Program-made: the position numbers and the translations under genes
The notes under the pieces: generated by a model
The model's database searches: none
The model's input: only the letters and a program-made list of their open reading frames with translations
What the model was told of the DNA's origin: nothing
Part shown: piece after piece, positions 38,375 to 46,268 of the stretch
Numbering within the stretch: the first letter of the stretch is position 1
Layout of the letters: every line of letters begins with the position of its first letter
Source: an uncultured Candidatus Rokubacteria bacterium
GTDB lineage: Bacteria > Methylomirabilota > Methylomirabilia > Rokubacteriales > CSP1-6
Direction: 5' to 3'
Assembly: GCA_963758635.1 (NCBI GenBank)
Contig: CAVWWD010000006.1
Span: 64,001-128,000 of the forward strand
Length of the DNA stretch: 64,000 nt

Positions 38375-41215
38375 TCACCCCGCGCCGCGGAGCGCGCGCC
38401 ACACGCGCTCGGGGGTCAGCGGCAGCTCGGTGAGGCGCACGCCGGCCAGGCGCGCGAGCGCGTTGGCCACGGCGGGGCTCACGGGAATCAGGCTGCCCTC
38501 GCCCGCGCCCTTGGCCCCGAACGGGCCGGCGCCGTCGCCGTTCTCCACGAAGCGGCATGACATGCGCGGCGGGACGTCGCCGGCGCGCGGCACGCGGTAG
38601 TCGGCGAGGTTGCCGTTCAGGAGCTGTCCGCCCTCGTAGACCATCTCCTCGTAGAGCGTGTGGCCGATACCCTGCATCACCGCGCCCTCGTCCTGGCCCT
38701 CGCACAGGAGCGGGTTGATGCGCCGGCCCACGTCGGCCACCGAGACGTAGTGCTCCACGGTCACCGCGCCCGTCTCGCGGTCCAGGCTCACCTCCGCCGC
38801 GCCCACCGCCATCTCCCAGAACGGCGTGCTCCCGCCGAGCGGCGCGCCGGTGCGGCCGGGGGCGACGATCCCGCGCCCGATCAGCTCGCCGCCGGCCATG
38901 CCGAAGCGATCGCGGAAGAGGTCCGGATACCCGGCGCGCGCGGTCCCGTCGGCCGTGACCACGTGGCCGTCCTCCAGCCGGAGGGCGGCCGCCGCCGCGC
39001 CGAGCCGCGCCGCGCCCAGCCGGAGGAGCTGCTGGCCGACCTCCTCCGCGGCCTCCATCACCGCGCGGCCCGTCATCGTCGTGGAGCGGCTCGACGTGGT
39101 GCTCTGGTCGTACGGCGTGATCGCGGTGTCCGGCGCGGCCACGTGCACGCGGGCGAGCGGCACCGCGAGCACCTCGGCGGCGATCTGCGCCATCACCGTG
39201 CGCGCGCCCTGGCCCATCTCCACCGTGCTCGCGAGGACGGTGACGCTGCCGTCGGCGAAGAGCCGCACGATGGCCTCGGACACCGACGGGGCGATCGAGG
39301 CCTTCATCATCATGGCCACGCCGCGCCCGCGGTCGGCGGCGGCGGCCTGCGTCCAGGCGATGGCGCGGGCGGCGCGCGACAGGCTCTCCTCGAACTTGCC
39401 GTCGATGGGCGTCTCACCCGGGGCGAACTCCTCGCCGTGGGCGAGCAGGTTCTGGCGCCTGAGCTCCACCGGGTCGTGGTCGAGCCGCCGCGCCGCCTCG
39501 TCCACGAGCGACTCCACCGCCCACGCGAGCTGGGGCACGCCGAAGCCGCGGAAGGCGCCGCCCGGCGTCGTGTTCGTGTACACCGCGTTGCCGTGCAGCA
39601 GCACGTGCGGCACCCGGTACGGCCCGGTGACGGTGTACGTGCCCTTCTGGACCACGCGGGGGCCGATGTCGGCGTAGGCGCCCACGTCGAAGTCGGCGAG
39701 GCAGCTCGCCGCCACCATCGAGCCGTCGCGGCGGAAGCCCAGGCGCACGGTCACGCGCGCGTCGCAGCGGCGGACGGTGCGGAACGCGTCGTCCGCGGAC
39801 ACGGCGAGGCGCACCGGCCGCGCGGTGATTCGCGCCGCCGCGCTCACCAGCGGCTCCAGCTTGGCGTAGGCCTTGCCGCCGAAGCCGCCGCCGATGAGCG
39901 GCACGACGATGCGGATCCGGCTCTGGGGCACGTCGAACATCTTCGCCAGCTCGACCCGCACCGAGTACGGGTTCTGCGTGCCCGCCCACACGGTGAGGCC
40001 GCCCTCGTCGTCCCAGGCGGCGATGGCGCAGTGGGGCTCCATCGAGTAGTGCTGCACGCGAGGGAAGCGGTACGTGCCCTCCACGATCACGGCGGCCTCG
40101 TCGAAGCCGGCGGCCCCGCGCCCGCGCTCCCAGTCGAACTGGTGGCAGACGTTCGAGCCCGGGATCGGGCGCAGGCTCGACAGGTCGGCGAAGTGGCCGG
40201 CCAGCGGCGTGCCGGTGTGGACGAGCGGCGCGCCCGGGGCGAGCGCCTCCTCGAGGCCGGTCACGGCGGCGAGCGGCTCCCACTCCACGTCGATGGCCTC
40301 GCGCGCGGCCTCCGCGAGCTCGAGCGTGTCGGCGACGACCGCGGCCACGGGCTCGCCCTCGTAGCGCGCGACGTCCACGGCCAGGATCGGACGGTCGCGG
40401 AACGCGGGGCCGTAGTAGGGATCGCAGAACCCGAGGTCTGCTGCGGTGATGACGGCGCGGACGCCGGGGAGCGCGCGGGCCGCCGCCGAGTCGACGCGCA
40501 CGATGCGCGCGTGGGCGTGGGGCGAGCGGAGCACGGCCATGTGGAGCATGCCGGGCAGCACGAGGTCGCTCACGTAGCGCGCGCGTCCCGTGACCTTGTC
40601 CACGCCGTCGAGCCGGGGCACGGACCGGCCCACGACGCGGAGCGGCTCCACCGAGGCGGGCTCGACCTCATCCTCCGGCGGTGAAGGCCGGCCCCCGCTG
40701 TCGCCGGTTCGGCCATCGCCGGCCCCTTGCGCCCCGCCGGTCCCGCAGGCGAGGACGGCCTCGAGGATCTTCTTGTAGCCCGTGCACCGGCAGAGGCTGC
40801 CGCGCAGCCAGTGCGCCACGCGCTCGCCGGTCGGCGCGGGGTCCTCGTCGAGCAGCGCCTTGGCGCTCAGCAGCATCCCCGCGGTGCAGAACCCGCACTG
40901 GAGCCCGCCGTGATCGATCAGCGCGGACTGGAGCGGATGGAGCGCGCCGGGCGATCCGAGCCCTTCCACGGTGAGGATCTCCCGGCCCGCCGCCTCCACG
41001 GCGAGGTACGTGCACGCGCTCACGGGGTCGCCGTCCACCAGCACGGTGCACGCGCCGCACACCTGGAGGTCGCAGGAGCGCTTGGCGCCCTTGAGGTCGA
41101 GCTGGTCGCGCAGCACGTCCAGCAGCAGCGCGTGCGCGGGCGCCGCAAGCTCCACCGGGCGCCCGTTGACGGTGCAGGCGGTGGTCGCGGCCCCTGGCGC
41201 GTCCCGCTCGCTCAC
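38375..41215 (-). CDS. Xanthine-dehydrogenase-family enzyme, fused 2Fe-2S and molybdopterin subunits
   Basis: C...CGACTV, QCGFC, CRCTGY, then MEPH, GGGFGGK, AFRGFG, EMGQG, GAKGAGE. Confidence 0.92.
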   Translation of the reverse strand: MSERDAPGAATTACTVNGRPVELAAPAHALLLDVLRDQLDLKGAKRSCDLQVCGACTVLVDGDPVSACTYLAVEAAGREILTVEGLGSPGALHPLQSALIDHGGLQCGFCTAGMLLSAKALLDEDPAPTGERVAHWLRGSLCRCTGYKKILEAVLACGTGGAQGAGDGRTGDSGGRPSPPEDEVEPASVEPLRVVGRSVPRLDGVDKVTGRARYVSDLVLPGMLHMAVLRSPHAHARIVRVDSAAARALPGVRAVITAADLGFCDPYYGPAFRDRPILAVDVARYEGEPVAAVVADTLELAEAAREAIDVEWEPLAAVTGLEEALAPGAPLVHTGTPLAGHFADLSSLRPIPGSNVCHQFDWERGRGAAGFDEAAVIVEGTYRFPRVQHYSMEPHCAIAAWDDEGGLTVWAGTQNPYSVRVELAKMFDVPQSRIRIVVPLIGGGFGGKAYAKLEPLVSAAARITARPVRLAVSADDAFRTVRRCDARVTVRLGFRRDGSMVAASCLADFDVGAYADIGPRVVQKGTYTVTGPYRVPHVLLHGNAVYTNTTPGGAFRGFGVPQLAWAVESLVDEAARRLDHDPVELRRQNLLAHGEEFAPGETPIDGKFEESLSRAARAIAWTQAAAADRGRGVAMMMKASIAPSVSEAIVRLFADGSVTVLASTVEMGQGARTVMAQIAAEVLAVPLARVHVAAPDTAITPYDQSTTSSRSTTMTGRAVMEAAEEVGQQLLRLGAARLGAAAAALRLEDGHVVTADGTARAGYPDLFRDRFGMAGGELIGRGIVAPGRTGAPLGGSTPFWEMAVGAAEVSLDRETGAVTVEHYVSVADVGRRINPLLCEGQDEGAVMQGIGHTLYEEMVYEGGQLLNGNLADYRVPRAGDVPPRMSCRFVENGDGAGPFGAKGAGEGSLIPVSPAVANALARLAGVRLTELPLTPERVWRALRGAG

Positions 41216-41243
41216 GAGTGGCCTCCGCTCACGGCCGACCCCG

Positions 41244-42155
41244 TCAGACGACGACCGCGTGAGGGTAGTGGACGCGTGGGCCCTGGCCCTGCGCGCGCGC
41301 GGCGGCCAGCGCGAGGGCGCGCCCGACGAACACCCGCGTCATCGCGCGCTTGTACTCGGCCGACCCGTGGAGGTCGTCGACCGGCCGCACCGGCTCGGCG
41401 GCGAGCGCGCCGAGGTCGGCGGCGCGACGCTCGACCTCGCCGGCGGTCAGGCCGCGGATCGCCGACTCGACGGCGCCGAGGCGCTCCGGCCGCGGGCCCA
41501 CGCAGCCCACCGCCACCCGCGCGTCCTGGATGCGGCCGGCGGCGTCGGGCACGAGCGCCACGCCGACGCCCAGGGTGGGCCGCTCGTGCACGCCGAACTT
41601 CAGGTACGCGCCGGTCGCCCCGGACGGCCAGGGACGCAGGCGCACCGTGGTCAGGATCTCGTCGTCGCCGCGCGCCGTCTCGTAGGGCCCCACCACGAAG
41701 TCGGCGAGCGGCAGCTCGCGGATCGCCGCGCCAGCCTGGAGCCGGACGCGCGCGTCGAAGAGCAGGAACAGCGTGGCGAGGTCGCTGTGCGGATCGGCGA
41801 AGGCCAGGTTGCCGCCCACCGTGCCCACGCTGCGCACGCGGACGTTCGCCACGTGCCGGGCCACGTCCGCCACGAGCGGGCACGCCGCGCGGACCGCCGC
41901 CGACCGCTCGACGTCGCGATGACGGGTGACGGCGCCGATCGCGAGCTCGCCGTCCTCGGCGACGATGGCGGCAAGGTTGGGAATGCGCTTCACGTCGATG
42001 AGCCGCCGCGGCCGCGCGAGGCCCGCCTTCATCAGCAGGAGCAGCTCGGTGCCGCCCGCGTACGGCACCGCCTCGCCGGCGTGCTCGGTGAGGAGACGGC
42101 TCGCCTCCTCGACGCTCGCGGGCCGGTGCAGGACGAACGGGGGCAGCCCGCTCAC
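41244..42155 (-). CDS. FAD-binding subunit of XDH-family enzyme (CoxM-like)
   Basis: YAGGTEL, VRSVGTVGGNL, DDLHGSAEYKR; start GTG 42155. Confidence 0.9.
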   Translation of the reverse strand: MSGLPPFVLHRPASVEEASRLLTEHAGEAVPYAGGTELLLLMKAGLARPRRLIDVKRIPNLAAIVAEDGELAIGAVTRHRDVERSAAVRAACPLVADVARHVANVRVRSVGTVGGNLAFADPHSDLATLFLLFDARVRLQAGAAIRELPLADFVVGPYETARGDDEILTTVRLRPWPSGATGAYLKFGVHERPTLGVGVALVPDAAGRIQDARVAVGCVGPRPERLGAVESAIRGLTAGEVERRAADLGALAAEPVRPVDDLHGSAEYKRAMTRVFVGRALALAAARAQGQGPRVHYPHAVVV

Positions 42156-42598
42156 GCCGTCACCGCGCGGCGCGCGCGGGCCGCGAACTCGTCGATTGCC
42201 TCCTCGCCTTTCCGCTGGATGACGCCGTGCCCGAGCGCGCCGAGCTTGCCCAGCACCTGGCCGTCGGCCTCGATGCGGAGCGCCGCGCCCTCCGGGCCGG
42301 GCGCGCAGTCGAGCGTCACGCGCATCACGATCTCGGCGCCCACCAGGCGATCGCGGCCAGTGGCGCGGAGCACGAGGCGCCGCGGCGCCGCGGCCTCGAC
42401 GATCTCCACGTCCAGCGGCACGTCGAGGCTGATCGGGCCGACGCGCTGCTTCATGCGCGCGGCGTAGCGGCGCTGCGCCTCGACCTCCCGGGCCTCCACG
42501 CAGCCGGGCACGCAGCTCACCACGCGCGGCACGTCCCACAGGAAGGTCCAGACCGCCGCGGGCGATGCGGCCATGGCGACCTCGCGGACGACGCGCAC
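42152..42598 (-). CDS. CoxG/SRPBCC family protein
   Basis: VWTFLWD...V.SCVPG, VGPI, GKLGALG. Confidence 0.85.
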   Translation of the reverse strand: MRVVREVAMAASPAAVWTFLWDVPRVVSCVPGCVEAREVEAQRRYAARMKQRVGPISLDVPLDVEIVEAAAPRRLVLRATGRDRLVGAEIVMRVTLDCAPGPEGAALRIEADGQVLGKLGALGHGVIQRKGEEAIDEFAARARRAVTA

Positions 42599-42679
42599 GT
42601 CATGCGCTCCCGGCCGGGCGCGCGCTCATGCGTCGACATCGGGCTCGAGGTGAGCCGCCGGCTGCCACGGCGGCCGCGC

Positions 42680-43687
42680 TCAGGCGAGGGCTCCGGCGGG
42701 CCGGAGCACCTCGTCGGCGATCATCTGGAGGTAGTCGATCCGCGCACGCGCTTCGCGCGGCAGGCTGTAGATGGTCACGCCGATGCGGTCCAGGCCCATC
42801 TCGGCGCCGCGGCGGATCGTCTCGACGCAGTCCTGCGGCGAGCCGTTGATGGTCCAGTCGTCGAGCGACCGGTCGAAGTCGAGCTGGAGCTCCACCATGC
42901 TCCGCTCCTGCATCTGCCAGGTCCGGTACATGGCGAACGTGCGCTCCAGGTACGCGCGCGCCGCGGCGTGCGCCTCCTCCCGGGAGCGTCCGACGATGAG
43001 GCTCCGCGACGCGCCCACGAAGCCCGGCGTGGCCACGCCCGCGGTGGCGCGGGCGTCCCGGAACACCTGGGCAAGCTTGCCCACGTCCCGCCACGCGACC
43101 TGGGGGCCGAAGAACACGCCGTCGGTGATGCGCGCCGCGCGCTCGGTCGCGCCCATGCTCTGCGCGCCCATCTCGAGCGGCGGATGCGGGCGCTGGTACG
43201 GCGGAAACCCCATGCGCCCCGCCGTGAGCCTGGTGTAGCGTCCCGCGAACGTGACCTCCTCGCCCGTCCAGAGCCGTTTCATCAGCTCGATGGACTCGGT
43301 GAGCTTGGCCACGCGGTCGCTCCGCGCGAGGCCCGCCGCCTCCAGCTCGCGCTCGCGGTAGCCGATGGCCACGCCCACATCGAGGCGGCCGTGGCAGATG
43401 TGGTCGAGCGTGGCCACGCTCTCCGCCGTCTCCACCGCGTTCAGGATGGGGAGCAGCAGCACGGAGGTCTTGAGCCGCATGGCCCCGGTCTCGGGGGCCA
43501 GCCGCGCGAGCATCGGGAACGGCTGCGGCCACACGGTGGGATGCGAGACCCAGTGCTGGCCGATCGACACCCAGCCGTAGCCCATGCGGGAGGCCGCCGC
43601 GACCACCTCGACGGCCTCGTCGATGATGCGCGTGGGCCCACGGTCGGTCGGGCTCCAGAACGGCGTGAGGTGGAAGCCTACCTTCAC
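42680..43687 (-). CDS. LLM-class flavin-dependent oxidoreductase
   Basis: AESVATLDHICHGRLDVGVAIGYR, PYQRPHPPL; start GTG 43687. Confidence 0.88.
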   Translation of the reverse strand: MKVGFHLTPFWSPTDRGPTRIIDEAVEVVAAASRMGYGWVSIGQHWVSHPTVWPQPFPMLARLAPETGAMRLKTSVLLLPILNAVETAESVATLDHICHGRLDVGVAIGYRERELEAAGLARSDRVAKLTESIELMKRLWTGEEVTFAGRYTRLTAGRMGFPPYQRPHPPLEMGAQSMGATERAARITDGVFFGPQVAWRDVGKLAQVFRDARATAGVATPGFVGASRSLIVGRSREEAHAAARAYLERTFAMYRTWQMQERSMVELQLDFDRSLDDWTINGSPQDCVETIRRGAEMGLDRIGVTIYSLPREARARIDYLQMIADEVLRPAGALA

Positions 43688-44496
43688 CGCGCGTCCCGCG
43701 CCGCGTCCATGAGCGGCTTCTGCTGCCCGCCGTCGATCTCGATCATGGAGCCGTTCACGAAGTGCGCGAGCGGGGACGCGAGGTACGCGACGAGGTTCGC
43801 CACCTCCTCGACCTCGGCGATGCGCCCGAGCGGGATGCTCCGCGGGGCGAGCTGGTCGGCATCCTCGTAGGAGAGCTTCATGTCGCGGGCCATCGCGCGG
43901 ACGAGCCCCTCCCAGCGCTCGGTGCGCACGGGACCGGGGTTCACCGCGACGAACGTGATGCCGTGGCGACCGTACTGGCCGGCGAGGGCCTTGGTGAGGT
44001 TCTGCCCGGCGGCGTTCGCCGCGCCGGGCACGATCTCCCAGTACGACTCCTTCACGCCGTCGTTGCCGATGAGGTTCACCACGCGGCCGCCGCCCTGCGC
44101 CCGCATGATGGGCAGCGCCACCTTCAGGCAGCGCACGTAGCCCATGAACTTGAGCTGGAGCCCCTGGATCCACGCGTCCTCCGGGAGGACCTCGAGCACG
44201 CCGCCGGCGGCGGACCCCGCGTTGTTCACGAGGATGTCGACGCGGCCGAGCTCCGCGGCCGCGCCCGTCACGAACCGCTCGGCATCCTCCGTGCGCGTGA
44301 GGTCGGCGGCAATCGCCACGACCTTGCGCCCCGTCTCGGCGCGGATCTCCGCGGCCGCCGCCTCCAGCACGTCGCGGCGACGCGCGCAGATGGCCACGTC
44401 CGCGCCCTCGCGGGCCAGCGCCCGCGCGATGCCCTTGCCGATCCCCGCGCTCCCGCCCGTCACGAGCGCGGCCTTGCCCGTCAGTCCGAGGTCCAT
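43684..44496 (-). CDS. Short-chain dehydrogenase/reductase
   Basis: TGGSAGIG, NNAG, NPGPVRTER, IPLGR, IDGG. Confidence 0.9.
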   Translation of the reverse strand: MDLGLTGKAALVTGGSAGIGKGIARALAREGADVAICARRRDVLEAAAAEIRAETGRKVVAIAADLTRTEDAERFVTGAAAELGRVDILVNNAGSAAGGVLEVLPEDAWIQGLQLKFMGYVRCLKVALPIMRAQGGGRVVNLIGNDGVKESYWEIVPGAANAAGQNLTKALAGQYGRHGITFVAVNPGPVRTERWEGLVRAMARDMKLSYEDADQLAPRSIPLGRIAEVEEVANLVAYLASPLAHFVNGSMIEIDGGQQKPLMDAARDAR

Positions 44497-44692
44497 GCCG
44501 ATCTCCCTGTCGGCCTGGCGCGCGCGATCGCCCGCGGTGGGTCGCGGTCCGCCACGCCGGAGCCGTCGACGGGGTTATAGCACGCCGCCGCGGGTCCCCG
44601 CCCCGAGCCCTGATGACCCTCGCAGAATGCGGGAACCGCCACGGGCCTCTACAGTCCCACTGCTCGGCATTGGTCCGATGCGCGGGGCTCGA

Positions 44693-46255
44693 CTAATTGG
44701 AGATGCTGACGTTCCAGCCCTTCGGGTACGTGAGGTCGGGACGCGTCCCCGCCCTTTCCATGTCCCGCTGGATGGCGCCGAGACGGTCGATCCATTCCTG
44801 CATCACGGCGCGGCCCCGAGGGTCCAGCGCGAGGGACGGGACGCTGGCGGTGAGGAGCATGTTGTACGGCTTCCAGGTCCCGATGATGGTGGCGACGAGG
44901 TCGAACGCGCGCCGGCAGTCCATCGGCGCGCCCGACTCGGGCGCCACCGTGGGGATGATCCAGCCGATCGTGGAGTAGTCCCACACGAGGTTGTTCAGGA
45001 CATCGTGCTCGGCGACCGACAGGTGGAGCAGCGTCGCGCAGAGCCGCGCGAGCCAGTCCCGGGAGAGGCCGTCGGCGGGCCGGCGCACGCCGTTCGGGAG
45101 GAGCCGCTCGAGCTCGTCGGCCCATTCGCCCACCTCGCGGTCCGCGCGCACCGCCGCGTCGCCGTCGTAGTAGACGCGCAGGTACGCGTCGGTGTACGCG
45201 CGCGTGGCCTCCCACACCTGCAGCACGTTGTCGCGGTACGGGTAGTCGAAGGGCGTGGTGGTCGTGCCGCGGCGGGCGAACTGCGCGGGCGGCTCGAAGT
45301 CCCACACGTCGAAGCGAGCCAGGTAGTCGTTGGCCATCCGCGCCAGCACGGCAGCGTCGTGCGAGAAGATCGTGGCCGAGAAGCCCTTCGACCCCGAGAG
45401 CTGGAACTCCGCAACCTCGCGGTTGCCGATCAGCACCGTGTGAAAGGCATGGTGCAGCAGCCGCCGCACCGGGTGGGCCGGCCCCAGCCGGTTGTTCGAC
45501 GCCAGCGCGAACGCGGTCAGCGTCGACAGGTGCGTGGAGAGATTGTGCCGGAACGTGGTCAGGTCCTCGTTGATGCCGGCCAGGAAGGCGGCCCGCGCCC
45601 GGAGGTAGTCGGGCGCGCCCGGACGGGCGACCTGGCCCGCGCCGCGATGGATGGCCATCGTCTCGAGCGCGCGGCCGCGAACGTCCAGGACCGCGGTACC
45701 GCCGGGCGGCATGAGGCCAGGCTGCGCGGGATAGGCGAGCAGCCAGGAGAGGTCGAGGAGGTACTGGTCCGTCGAGGCCGCCCGCTGCGCCTGGACGTTG
45801 TCCCCGGTGGCGCGGCGCAGGTACGAGGCGAAGGGCCCCCGGACGGCGATCTCCGCGACGACGTTGGCGCCCGGGGCGACGAGCGCACGCGGCGCGCAGG
45901 GCGGCCGGGGCCACGCCTTCCGGAAGTAGGCCGGGTAGACCACGTCGAGGAAGGCCGCCTCGTCCTGGGGGACGGGGGGCGTCGTGGCCGGGGCCATGGC
46001 CTCGGCGGTGGCGAACAGCTTGTGCGCGCGCTTCATCCGCTTGAGCCGCGGCGCAGGATCGTCGGACGCCGGGAAGTCCTCGGCGTCGTAGAGCCGGGCG
46101 ATCGGCATATCCGGAAAGGCCGTGGCGTATGGCCGGAAGCGTACCGCGCCCGGCACCGGCGCCTCGAGCGGGTACACCTTCTGGTCGCGGAAGCCGAGCC
46201 AGGTGAAGAAGGCGACGGTCTGCCGGTACATCGAGAAGCGCGTGTCGTCGAGCAT
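44693..46255 (-). CDS. Lipoxygenase-like non-heme iron dioxygenase (compact, no recognisable PLAT domain)
   Basis: H-x4-H (RHNLSTHL), LGPAHPVRRLL, FDYPYRDN, H-x3-N (EHDVLN), C-terminal VSISN; SD GAGGAGG. Confidence 0.8.
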   Translation of the reverse strand: MLDDTRFSMYRQTVAFFTWLGFRDQKVYPLEAPVPGAVRFRPYATAFPDMPIARLYDAEDFPASDDPAPRLKRMKRAHKLFATAEAMAPATTPPVPQDEAAFLDVVYPAYFRKAWPRPPCAPRALVAPGANVVAEIAVRGPFASYLRRATGDNVQAQRAASTDQYLLDLSWLLAYPAQPGLMPPGGTAVLDVRGRALETMAIHRGAGQVARPGAPDYLRARAAFLAGINEDLTTFRHNLSTHLSTLTAFALASNNRLGPAHPVRRLLHHAFHTVLIGNREVAEFQLSGSKGFSATIFSHDAAVLARMANDYLARFDVWDFEPPAQFARRGTTTTPFDYPYRDNVLQVWEATRAYTDAYLRVYYDGDAAVRADREVGEWADELERLLPNGVRRPADGLSRDWLARLCATLLHLSVAEHDVLNNLVWDYSTIGWIIPTVAPESGAPMDCRRAFDLVATIIGTWKPYNMLLTASVPSLALDPRGRAVMQEWIDRLGAIQRDMERAGTRPDLTYPKGWNVSISN

Positions 46256-46268
46256 GCGCCCCTCCTCG

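Noticed and set aside
38375..42598. Aerobic CO dehydrogenase coxMSLG
   Set aside because: Active-site loop is AFRGFG, not the form I AYxCSFR motif.
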